From the NCBI RefSeq assembly GCF_032118995.1, contig NC_092661.1, positions 19,654,621 to 19,718,620 on the forward strand: a stretch of 64,000 nucleotides of DNA, in the 5' to 3' direction. Below are positions 37,550-48,451 of the stretch, piece by piece (positions within the stretch are counted from its first letter, which is position 1; the number at the start of each line of letters is the position of its first letter). Position numbers and translations under genes: made by a program. Source of the DNA: Asterias amurensis (taxonomy: Eukaryota). Below the pieces are notes generated by a model. The model was given only the letters and a program-made list of their open reading frames with translations, was not told where the DNA came from and did not search any database.

Positions 37550-38010
37550 GTAAGAAGGCTTATATCAAGGGTTGCCAAAATAATACCAGAGCCTGTTTGA
37601 ATTGTTATACTTCATAACGGAGTGCTTTGTGGCAAAGTGAACGTGCACTTTGGTTTGAATTCTGGTCATGACTCTTGTGTCTTTGAGAAAGACACTTTAC
37701 TGTAATTGCTTCTCTTCACCCGGGAGTTAATGAGGCACCTGTTAGGGTTGAGGTTGTTGTTGTGAATGATTAGCAATCTGTGCACCCATTTGCAATGGTT
37801 CAGGGAAAGATTTAAGTCTGATAAACAGCTGTATCAAATGGTGCAAATTGCTTGGCAGACTATTTCTATTCAAATAATTTCTGTCATAAGCAACTGTGCT
37901 TAGAACTTTTTAATTTACAGGAGCAAGGCATTAGATTTGTTGTTATTGCTATGGCTGCAGTGTTCATGGTGCATTTTATAAATGATTGTAATTTGTTATT
38001 TTTTTATTAG

Positions 38011-38141
38011 TGGCTAAAGAGCCTCGTCTTGAGTCCATAGAGTTCCTGATGCGTCAGAGCCCAATGATTGTCCAAGCTTGCTGGGACAAAACACCTCTAC
38101 TACAACTGCCACATTTTAATGAAGATACACTGCGAAAAAAG
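38011..38141 (+). CDS. SEC63: SEC63 exon 12 (VAKEPRLESIEFLMRQSPMIVQACWDKTPLLQLPHFNEDTLRKK)
   Basis: Matches …SPLLQLPHIEEDNLRRV. Confidence 0.8.
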
Positions 38142-38349
38142 GTACAGTTTGGATTCAGCAAAATCTTGTTATTGTATTTTCTCAAGCTGTCAACTTTGGC
38201 CCTTCAAACCTGTTTCTAAATACTCAACAATTTGATTGTAATAAGTATTCAACTCATCAACCTTTGTTATCATCCATACTTACAATGGAGATGCATGTTC
38301 CTGCTGCATCAGAGATTCAGCTAATTTTCTATATCTGTTATCTTTCCAG

Positions 38350-38402
38350 CGCCACATTAAAGCCATTAGTCAGTTCGTCAAAATGAAGGATGCCGATAGA
38401 AG
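38350..38402 (+). CDS. SEC63: SEC63 exon 13 (RHIKAISQFVKMKDADRR)
   Basis: Acceptor tctttccag|, donor GAAG|gtaaga. Confidence 0.7.
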
Positions 38403-38759
38403 GTAAGAGTAAATAAAGAAAACAATCAAGATGAATTAAACTGCAGGTCCAAAACTAAACTCCCTGTTCCCAAACTTCAGTCTTTGCATTCAAAGAAGTA
38501 AACGCATATGAGGGATCCTTCCTTTACTGTAGCTGCACCTAGGATTTGGACAAACATTTTCCCCAACGTCAGACAATCTTCTGCAAAAGCCATTTTCAAA
38601 ATAAGTCCTACCTTTTTTACGAGAGCTTACTGTAGGGTGCTATGAGTAATGACCATTAGACTGGCACCTTAGAAATTGATTGACTTATTGAGTGATTGAC
38701 TGATTGGTCTTTATTTACAGCAATGGTTTATTGTTGATCCATAAATTTGTTTCTTGCAG

Positions 38760-38854
38760 GAACATTCTTCGTCATCTTCATGAGAAGCAATATCAGGACA
38801 TTCTGAACGTCTTGAAGTCACTGCCCAAATTGGATGCAGATGTGGAGCTAGAAG
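38760..38854 (+). CDS. SEC63: SEC63 exon 14 (NILRHLHEKQYQDILNVLKSLPKLDADVELE)
   Basis: Matches vertebrate HTLLHFLEDEKYEEVMAVLGSFP. Confidence 0.75.
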
Positions 38855-39080
38855 GTAACAATAATTGAGTAACATTTTGTTATTCCCAACTATTGGCACT
38901 TTAATAATCAAAACCTACTATCCCAACAAAATGTTACTCATTATGTGTCATCCCAAGTGGCAATTATTTTATAAACTTATTATTTATGTCCTTTGAGAAA
39001 ATCTCCGTCTGCCATTTGATGAGACAATTGTGTTTGGATTTAACTGACTTGTGATTGTTTTTTTTTGATGATTTATTTAG

Positions 39081-39163
39081 TTCTTGCTGATGAGGACAAG
39101 AAGTCGATAACTGCAGGGTCTTTGGTAACGGCCACAGTCACCCTGAGGAGAGGCACATTTCAG
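39081..39163 (+). CDS. SEC63: SEC63 exon 15 (VLADEDKKSITAGSLVTATVTLRRGTFQ)
   Basis: Matches VLDDEDSNNITVGSLVTVLVKL. Confidence 0.8.
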
Positions 39164-39694
39164 GTCAGTTACCATGGAAATACTTACATTTTCACAAATT
39201 ATATCAGGAACACAGATTGAATCCTCAGGATTATGGAGTTTTTAAGTTTCTATTAACCCTAACCCTTCAAAATCCGGTGTCGTCTGATTTCAGATGATTA
39301 AGAACTGTAGTGAATAACGATTGCTAAGGTATACCAATCTTACCTTGGTCCAGTTTGTTGTGGAGTACCAGTGAATGTGGAATGGGGGATAGTGGAAGGT
39401 TTAGGTCACCTGTGGCCAATTTGGCCTAGGGACTCAAGGGTTAATGAGTACTTCATTGGCACCAGGCCTGGAATTTCTTCTTAGAAAGGGCAAGGCCATT
39501 TTCATTTTTTGCAAAGGGAAAACTTTTGAAGGGGCACAAAGGCCAAGACCAGGGGCACTGAAGCCATGGCCTCCGTGGCCTGTGTGTAACTCTAGGCCTG
39601 TGGCACCGTGCACAAAGAGAATAGAATGCAAGTTTTGTGTTGGCTTGTTACACTAGTAATAAAGTGATGAGTGTTTTTCTTGTTTTCTATGTAG

Positions 39695-39772
39695 GTGTTG
39701 GATGATGAAAGCAATGATCCAGTAGATGCTGTGGAAGACGCTGTTGTAGAAGACACATTAGATGAAGATAAA
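39695..39772 (+). CDS. SEC63: SEC63 exon 16 (VLDDESNDPVDAVEDAVVEDTLDEDK)
   Basis: Acceptor ttttctatgtag|, donor ATAAA|gtaaga. Confidence 0.65.
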
Positions 39773-40129
39773 GTAAGACTAGAACCTAATTGTCTTGATA
39801 AGAACTAAATCTTCAAGTTAGACTTCACAAACAAGATCTTCAACTTTCTCAATTGCAACTTTTTAATTTAGATTGACGAGGGTTGTTGTTAACACGCATA
39901 CCCCATATCCACCTGACTTGTCACAGAACATGAAAACCAATCCTGGCTAAGCCCATTGAGGGCTTTATTACTGCATTTCAAGAAACACTCATTATTAACT
40001 GCTTTGCAAATAAACATATCCCAACAAACTGTGTACTGTTGGAAAGAGTACATAAATCTCTCTTATGTGATAAGTATATTTTATAAGAGATGTTAGATTT
40101 GCATCCGGGATAAAGAATATTAATTTTGG

Positions 40130-40575
40130 TTTTACCCATACACCGATGTGTGTTAGCACTGTATATTCAGTACTTTCCCGAGTCCTGTGAAAAATAAAAA
40201 TCACAGGCATGTTACTCGGGTGGGATTCGAACCCACGACCCTTGCAATTCTAGAGCAGTGTCTTACCAACTAGACTACAAAGGTTGCCCGGTAGCTGGAG
40301 GCAGTTTGAATCCTATGTTTTGGCAGTGGGTACCGCAACGATATAAGAGATGTTAAATTTGCAGGTACCCGCTGCCAAAACATAGGATTCAAACTGTCTC
40401 TACCTACCGGGCAACCTTGGTAGTCAAGTTGGTAAGACACTGCTCTAGAATTGCAAGGGTCGTGGGTTAGAATCCAACCCGAGTTTACATGCCTGTGATA
40501 TTTTTTTACAGGACTCGGGAAAGTACTGAGTATACAGTGCTAACACACATTGGTGTATGGGTAAAAACAAAAATT
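40130..40575. repeat. ~440-bp near-perfect palindrome built from two head-to-head tRNA-SINE copies
   Basis: Left arm 40130-40335 is the reverse complement of right arm 40365-40575, with very few mismatches; SEC63 intron 16. Confidence 0.85.
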
Positions 40576-40749
40576 AATATTCTTTATCCCCGATGCAAAG
40601 TATATTTGAGCAAGTCGGCTAATTTTGATTTACAGATTTGACTGTCTGAAGAATCGAGTGAATAACAAAAACCAATATTTCATGTTGACACCAACTTGAC
40701 TGCAATCAAATCTTGAGTTGTTGATGATTCATGTTGCATTCCTCATCAG

Positions 40750-40965
40750 ACTGATTCACCAGTACCACACAAACCCAAGACTCATGTTTGGGAGAAACAC
40801 AGAAGAAAAAAGAACAAAGGAGGAGGAGGAGGAGCTAAGAACAAAGCCCAGAAGAAGCAGGCTACTAAGAAAGCAGCCGCAGCAGCAGCACTGAAAGCAG
40901 CGGAGGAATCACCTCAACACAATGGCAAAGGAGCCGCTAACCATGTTAGCAATAATACTAAAGGG
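40750..40965 (+). CDS. SEC63: SEC63 exon 17, basic Lys/Ala-rich segment (TDSPVPHKPKTHVWEKHRRKKNKGGGGGAKNKAQKKQATKKAAAAAALKAAEESPQHNGKG…)
   Basis: Corresponds to the basic KSKKKKPLKKK region of vertebrate SEC63. Confidence 0.7.
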
Positions 40966-41613
40966 GTAGGTTGTTGCCCAGAATAATATTGCACTGAGTT
41001 TCCATACGGCTATATGGATTCACTTAGGGAAAGAATATTCCAATGTTGGTTCATCAACCTTAACCACCCCAACCCATTGAAATCCAACTGCGTGTTTTGT
41101 TTGATTCTGTTGGACTAAGGACTGTGCTGTGCTCCCTTAACATGAGATCAGGCATACCACCATAATCAGAGTCCAACTTTGGGTTTTGAGTTACCATGTG
41201 GTATTGGATTTTCTTAGAGTTAAAAAGGCAGTGTACACAGATTGCCTGAACGCAGATACGCACAGATAAATACTATTACAGCATACTCTTTTCAGGTTCC
41301 ATACGCCTCTCTTAATATTTATGCATGAGGTTCGTCACAATCTAACCCAAAACGAGGCTAAAGGCGCAGCACTGCAAGTGGTGGCAGACTTGCGCCCATA
41401 GCCTCATTTTGGACAAAAATTATGATAAATATTAAGAGATGTGTATAGATGTGGAACTATAACTAGAATTGAAGAAAAAAATTCATGATCTTTACTGAGA
41501 ATCGAATTGAAAATCATTGTCCTTTAAAAAAAAAAAAAAAAATTATGACTTATTAAAATTTATCAAAACTACTCCAAAATTAATGAAGATGAATCTGATG
41601 TTTTTGTATTCAG

Positions 41614-41702
41614 GCTATCCAGGAGCTGGATCCCAATAAAGACTCGGGTGACAGTGGAAGTGAAAGTGACAATGAACAGGAGGATAACAGTAAACATTCA
41701 AG
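41614..41702 (+). CDS. SEC63: SEC63 exon 18, acidic (AIQELDPNKDSGDSGSESDNEQEDNSKHS)
   Basis: Acceptor tgtattcag|, donor CAAG|gtcagt; phase 2. Confidence 0.7.
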
Positions 41703-41937
41703 GTCAGTTTGTAAAACTTACCCTTAGATTTTTTTTTGTCAACAAGTTCACCAATTTGCTTATAAGTGTTTGCATCTATAGTTGAGATGTTATGCAAAAT
41801 AAATTTTGAGTTTTGTTGATACGCCTTGACGCCAAAGAAGAATGATCGTTTGTTGTGTATTCTTTCCGGAAGTGCATGTCGGATTCAAGGAGTTCAACAG
41901 TGACTAACATGGTTGAGTATTCATTTTAGATGGTGAC

Positions 41938-42328
41938 GGTTTTTAAAGACACTGGACACGATTGGTAATTATCAAAGACTAGTCTTCCCGCTTGGTGTAT
42001 CTCAACAAATGCATAAAATAACAAACTTATGAAAATTTGAGCTCAAACGGTTGTCAAAGTTGCGAGAAAAAAATGGAAGAAAAAACACCCTTGTCACACA
42101 AAGTTTTGTGCTTTCAAACGCTTGATTTCAAGACCTCAAATTCTAAATCTGAGGTCTCGAAATCAAATTCGTGGAAAATTACTTATTTCTCAAAAACTAC
42201 GTTACTTCAGAGGGAGCCGTTTCACACAATGTTTTATACTATCAACCTCTCCCCATTACTCGTTACCAAGTAAGGTTTTATGCTAATAATTATTTTGAGT
42301 AATTAACAATAAAGTCCACTGCCTTTAA
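41938..42328 (+). mobile_element. MITE family 2 copy (SEC63 intron 18)
   Basis: Same TIRs and internal hairpin. Confidence 0.8.
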
Positions 42329-42439
42329 GGCAATGTGTGATGGCGCACGTCTGCCTTTTATTTAACACTGGCAGGTGGGCTAATCTAGCCCCAGCTGTCA
42401 CCGTTTTGGACACAGCCTAACTTTAAAATCAGAAGAAAT

Positions 42440-43019
42440 CATTTTTTACCAAGAGAAGATATTAATAGCATATTTGTATCTCTCTGTTGCCGTGACAGTG
42501 ATGATAATAAAGGAAGATATTAATAGCATATTTGTATCTCTCTGTTGCCATGACAGTGATGATAATAAAGGAAGATATTAATAGCATATTTGTATCTCTC
42601 TGTTGCCATGACAGTGATGATAATAAAGGAAGATATTAATAGCATATTTGTATCTCTCTGTTGCCATGACAGTGATGATAATAAAGGAAGATATTAATAG
42701 CATATTTGTATCTCTCTGTTGCCATGACAGTGATGATAATAAAGGAAGATATTAATAGCATATTTGTATCTCTCTGTTGCCATGACAGTGATGATAATAA
42801 AGGAAGATATTAATAGCATATTTGTATCCCTCTGTTGCCATGACAGTGATGATAATAAAGGAAGATATTAATAGCATATTTGTATCTATCTGTTGCCATG
42901 GCAGTGATGATAATAAAGGAAGATATTAATAGCATATTTGTATCCCTCTGTTGCCATGACAGTGATGATAATAAAGGGGATATTAATAGCATATTTGTAT
43001 CTCTCTGTTGCCATGACAG
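42440..43019 (+). repeat. Minisatellite, 55-bp unit ×~10 (gaagatattaatagcatatttgtatctctctgttgccatgacagtgatgataataaag)
   Basis: Each unit reproduces the SEC63 exon-19 acceptor (ccatgacag|TGATGATAATAA); only the last copy opens a reading frame. Confidence 0.9.
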
Positions 43020-43161
43020 TGATGATAATAACAGCAGCGATGGTGGAGAGCAAGAGGAAGAAGAATGGGAAAGGTTACAGTCTGGGATCACAAGGAAAGA
43101 GAAAGTTCTAGAAGGAACATCTAAGACTTCTCATGAGGTCCATTGTCCATACTTCCCGGAG
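43020..43161 (+). CDS. SEC63: SEC63 exon 19 (DDNNSSDGGEQEEEEWERLQSGITRKEKVLEGTSKTSHEVHCPYFPE)
   Basis: Matches …EAEWQELQQSIQRKERALLETKSKITHPVYSLYFPEE; the acceptor is the last copy of a 55-bp tandem unit. Confidence 0.75.
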
Positions 43162-43794
43162 GTAAGATATTATCATTGTGTGTCCTGTAGATTGTGAAGC
43201 ACATTAGAATGTTGTGACTGTCAGAGTGATGGTTCTAGTTACATGGACCACTCAGAGATTGTGTTATATTGTCTGTTCAACTTTGTTACTACTGGGAACT
43301 AGAGCTTGATCATCTACAGTATCGTTCACTCTAGGTTCTGAGAATCAGATTAGGCTATGATAAAAGTAGTCTGGTGTTAGCGCAAATATCACTTGCAGTG
43401 AAATCAAGGCATTGACATTTTGCTGTGACTAGAGGCAGGTATTTTCAAATACTACAACGATATAGTAAGGTTTGTGGTAACAGCATGTAATGATAATCTC
43501 TAAATGAGTTGGAGTGGTTCTGAAAAGAAGATGATCAGAGCATACTGATTGAAGCGTCAAATTGAAACCAGCGGTTCTTTTCAGAACCACCCCAACTCAT
43601 TTACAGATTATCATTACAGGGTGTTACTGCAAACCTTACTATGTTGTATTTCAACCATGCAGAGTTTCTAATCCTACAAATACTTCAACATTGATTCAGC
43701 CAACTGCCACAGACATAGCCCAACACTTCCTTAGCCCAAAACCCTCAGTTCATACAAAGCCTTAGACTAACATTCCTTTATTATTTATCACCAG

Positions 43795-43893
43795 GTAAAG
43801 CAGGAATGGTGGTGGATCTACCTAGCTGATAGGAAGACACATCGTATTATCACTTTACCTCAGATGATTTATGACCTTGTTGATGAAAAAGAT
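43795..43893 (+). CDS. SEC63: SEC63 exon 20 (VKQEWWWIYLADRKTHRIITLPQMIYDLVDEKD)
   Basis: Near-identical to vertebrate KQEWWWLYIADRKEQTLISMPYHVCTL. Confidence 0.9.
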
Positions 43894-44526
43894 GTAAGTA
43901 TACAAATCGTATCAAATACCTAGGTGCAAATTAGCTTAACGTTTCTGTGCACAAATATTGGACAATCTTTCCATTAATTGGCCCAGGTTGACCATAAATT
44001 TGCACAAATATTAACAAAGCACAGTATAACAACAAGTGCTATATAGCAGAGGCAAAACATAATTAATGTAGTAATAAGGGACTTACAGTTGTGTAGTGGC
44101 TAAGATATATGCTTTGGAATGTGCAGGTTGCGAGTTCAAATCCTACCTTAGGCATAAATAAGAATATGTTAGGGTAGGTGGGTAGGGATTTTTTTCTTAT
44201 TTTTTTCCTCGCAGCAACGAAAATTACATGTTTTCTAATTGTTTAACACAATAACAAAAGAAAACACACAACAAATAGTATATTTTTAACCTCTTGATGA
44301 AAATTATTTTATTTATATGTCTTTAATAGATTTAAATCATTAAATTTCTTCCCTTGAAAAAATAAAAATATCCAGGGTCGGCCATATTTTTAGGGTAGGT
44401 CGGGTTACGCCAACATAACATTTTTTTGTATGCCTTAGTTGCCTAGCCTGAAGTGTAAAGTGCTTATTCAGACAGTCTTTTGAAACATTTATTTGAGTCG
44501 TTACAATTGATCTTTTCCTCCCTTAG

Positions 44527-44628
44527 ATCGAGTTGAAGTTCCCTGCACCTGTTAAAGGGTTGTATCAATACCAGCTCTGTGTTCGCTCTGACTGCTATCT
44601 AGATCTGGATTACATCAAATCAATCAAA
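44527..44628 (+). CDS. SEC63: SEC63 exon 21 (IELKFPAPVKGLYQYQLCVRSDCYLDLDYIKSIK)
   Basis: Matches VELKFPAPGKPGNYQYTVFLRSDSYMGLDQIKPLK. Confidence 0.9.
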
Positions 44629-44747
44629 GTAAGCGTAGCATTAAATACTCATTCATTACTCTCTTCACTAATATGGATAAAGAAAGCCCCTCAAATAGGA
44701 GTAGACCCTCTAAAAGTTGCCTGCTTTCTAGAATGTTGGGTTGAAAT

Positions 44748-44936
44748 CTGGCCCCGATTTCATAGAGCTGCTTAAGCAGAAAGTATTGCCTTACATTTTT
44801 CAATAAGCAGGTTACCAGTTACATTTTGAACATGTAAAATGGTGTTTTAGTTGGTAACATTATTCTGGTGAGCATAATTTTGTTGTGCTTAGCCACTTTT
44901 ATTGCTTAAGCAGCTCTATGAAATTGGGCCGTGCCC
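44748..44936. mobile_element. MITE (TIR ggccccgatttcatagagctgcttaagcag…)
   Basis: Inverted termini; SEC63 intron 21. Confidence 0.6.
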
Positions 44937-45005
44937 TTAACTTCCATAGAGATGTAAACAAACTGATTGCTGATTGCATTATAATCAAATTCTGATTTCC
45001 TCCAA

Positions 45006-45144
45006 GGTGGATGTGAAAGAAGCCAAGAAGGTAGAAGAGATGCATCCTCAATGGGACATCTCAGATGATGAAGATAAAGAAGAGGAAGGAGATAGTGATG
45101 TTTCTGATTATACCACCGATGATGAAGGTAGTGATGAAGAATAG
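45006..45144 (+). CDS. SEC63: SEC63 last exon (VDVKEAKKVEEMHPQWDISDDEDKEEEGDSDVSDYTTDDEGSDEE*)
   Basis: Matches the vertebrate …HPQWDTAIEGDEDQEDSE acidic tail; stop TAG at 45142-45144. Confidence 0.85.
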
Positions 45145-45757
45145 ATGGAGAACAACCTCCCAAATGACGACAACCTACATCCTCATCATGTTTGTCTTCA
45201 TTCCTAAAGAAAACATCAATACTTGACACCAATAGACCTTATCCACATGATGTCATACCAGTAGGGCGCCCTCACCTAGAGTAGAGTTAGAACAGCAGCT
45301 GTTCATTGGCCGAACCTGTGTGTTGCGCATACAAATCTGTACGTTTTGATTGCTTCGTCATGGTTTTACCTCTAAGATGGTGGCTGAATGAGTGGATGAC
45401 ATCAATGCATAAGTTCTATGTCTAAAAGTTACAGACCTATCCTGCATGTATAAAATGCTTTATTTAGGCTCTGGGGTTGAAAATGCGCTATATGCCTTCT
45501 ATCCATTTTAGGTTGTAAATGTTCTGTTATAATGTAGGAGACGGAAAACACTGTCATGTTTTGTACCGTAACAGTCATCTTTATTGCTGCCATTTCAACC
45601 CAAAGTGCTGTTTAACACTGTGTTATGATGACCCTTATGAGGACATTGGATTTAAGGATTGAGTTAGTGTCATTATGAGGTGTGATGATGAAATAAACCA
45701 GGCTCTTAGCCCTGGGTGTTTGACTGCAGCGAGGACGCTCCTAAGGGAGACAATAAA

Positions 45758-45920
45758 GCATGGTTCATACTTCCTGCGAATGCAAAGCAAATTTTCGTTA
45801 CAGGGCTGTTTTCGTAGCAAATGTTTCGCACAACTGAACTGTTGCAAATTATTCGTTTTGAATTTGTGATGTAAAAATAAAGTTCACTTCGCATTCATAT
45901 TTGCAGGGTGTATGAAATTG
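45758..45920. mobile_element. MITE (TIR ttcatacttcctgcgaatgc…), related to 61250..61432
   Basis: Imperfect inverted termini; similar to the copy at 61250. Confidence 0.45.
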
Positions 45921-48382
45921 GGCTTTAGGGATGGTTCCAGTTATTTTAAGCTTACCAATGGACTGGCAGTGTGTCATGATTTGTGGAATACATGTAGATT
46001 GGGTAGGTTTATATTGGACAGCAGGAGAGGGTAGGTTTATATTGGACAGCAGAAGAGGAGATTCATCACAATCCTTTCCAAACAGATAAATGTATGATGA
46101 TTAGTCATTTTAGAATAGTCCAGGTGAAAAGTAGTACTTTAGATGATTTCAGATTTTATTTGGTTTTTCCCGGCAGATTTTTTTCTTCATGTCAGTTTGA
46201 CATTTCTTATTGATGGTTTTTGTGAATACCATTCAAAAACAAATTTAATCTAAAAAAAACAATTACTGCAACGAAGCTGCAATTATCTTGACAACTTGTG
46301 TCTTCTATGTAAATTAAAATATGTATGACTATTTTTGGGAGTATGTTGTGTTGAAACTGTATTTTGAGCTTGTTTACTTTATTAGTCCATAGAGTTTGAC
46401 CCAAAGGAAATTGTTGTTTTAGAAAACATCCAAACATGTACCAGATGTACTGGTCTTACATAAATCTATATTTGATGTCTACTGAGTGTATGAAGATGGT
46501 AGGACTGCTGTATTGTACATCCCTTGTTAATCAAGTTTTGGGTTTCAAATTTGTCAAAGTCAAAACCCATATAAAGTTATGATAATATTTTGAAGCATTT
46601 TTTTAAATAATGATGATCTAAATGTATGTATAATGTTTAACTAGCAATGCGTAAAATTTTCAATGTCTCTTGACTTTTAATCATAAGTGAAAATGGGCTT
46701 TGATTTTGGGTATACAACCAACAGTGAAGCATCGTTTGAGCATCTGTTATATTAATAGAAATCACAAATGCTGTTCAGGTTAACTTGCCAACAAACACTG
46801 GTGAGACTGTTTTGTAGTGAATATGGCATTCTGTAATTGACTTTTACCCAACAAAATGATAGGAAAAGATGCTTGACAATAAACCCAATTAATACTTACT
46901 TGCCTTCAGCACGTTTGAGTGTCCATTAAATACTATAGTTTTTTCTGAAACCCTATAATTGTGATGATTATCACATGAACATAAAGAATTGTACCTATTT
47001 AAGAATGAGGTGTGCAAGGTTATACTTTGTTAGCTTGGGGAAGGAGTCTTTGCTGTTTTATCCAATTGTGGCATTAGTTAAAAGTAACATGTTTTTTAAG
47101 GTATTTATTATCAACAAAACGGGGATTATCAGTGAGAATTTCTTAGAGATAAGGAATTCTGTGAAATAGATGTTAATTTAATAAGCTACTGTTGGCAATA
47201 GGTGACTGCAGGTTTTACCAGGTAACAGAATTGTTCTTAGAAATGCGTGCACGCTCAAAACTGTGCAAACAACTGAAATTTACCTGGTATTTAAGTCTGC
47301 TGCCACCTTGTGTTTCAAAGTATCCCAATCTGATCTATGTGTCTCATAAGCTGCTTTTAAGTATTTATCGGTTATCGATTGTGTAAGTTAGGACAGTGAA
47401 GTCCTAAAATGTAATCAGTTTAATTTCTGACCCACTATCAGTATAAATTATAATGCTTCAATCAATAATGTTTTCATTTCAATGTTTTCAATCTTTCAAA
47501 ACTTTTTTGCCACATTAGTTGTGTTCCTTCATAACTGTGAAATTGCTGAGCTCATGTTTCATCCTTAATTCTTAGCAATTAATTAATAATATTGTACTAG
47601 TCAAAATATACTTGTAACTTTTTATTTTTCTGGATAATGATTGTATAACACACTTGATGTTTTGATGTAAGCTTCCTTCCCCATGAATTATTAATGAAGA
47701 AAATAAATGAGCACGCTTCCAATAATAGAGTGTGAAATCTTGTTGTCATTTGAAATTAGTCTTTGTTCGTTGAATATTATTGGCTATTCCGTGATTTAAA
47801 AAAAAATGTTTCTGTTTTTCTACTTTTGTTTGTTTTCTTTCTTTAGGGAAAACCTCTTTGAAATTATTGTACATCCTGCTCGCATTGTCGGGGTAAATCA
47901 TGACTAATACACGTGTGAGGGTGTGTAATTTGGGAGACTGTGTTGTATGTAGGGCGCCCTCAATAGTTACCGTTTTACATGTTCTTAAACAGGTAGTTCA
48001 TGGTAAAATATTTTTAGTGTTCTTGTAGAAGTTTAATGTAAAAACTGAATATTTTGTACTTTGGAAATATTGCAATGATAAATTTAGTATTGGTTGCAAT
48101 TAGAATTTAAAACTTTATAAAAGTTAAAATTAAATGGAATTTTTGGTTATCATCATCTGCACTACAAAATTGCAGTTATTAAGCATTGAAATTTATTAAG
48201 TTTAGTACCTCGACTGGTATAACATGTTACAAACGCATTATGTTGAAGGTGACCTGATTATTCTGAGGAGGAAATCTCGAGATCGCATAATGCGAAAAAA
48301 TGCATACGTATCGTTTTAGAAGAACTTGTTGATAGAGTTAGTAACTACTGTATATTGATTAAAAACTTTCACTCAACAAATA

Positions 48383-48451
48383 ATGGAAAAACTTAAGAAA
48401 GTCTTGAATGGAAAAGAAGAAGAGGAGGATGAGCAGGGTATCGTGACACAG
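48383..48451 (+). CDS. SFT2-domain vesicle transport protein (SFT2D1/2-like), exon 1 (MEKLKKVLNGKEEEEDEQGIVTQ)
   Basis: Matches vertebrate SFT2D1 [21 protein letters not shown]; donor ACACAG|gtttgt. Confidence 0.8.

Noticed and set aside
42810-43197. ORFs across the 55-bp repeat (DINSIFVSLCCHDSDDNKG… repeated)
   Set aside because: Repeat artefact. Only the final 142 nt (43020-43161) is a genuine SEC63 exon.
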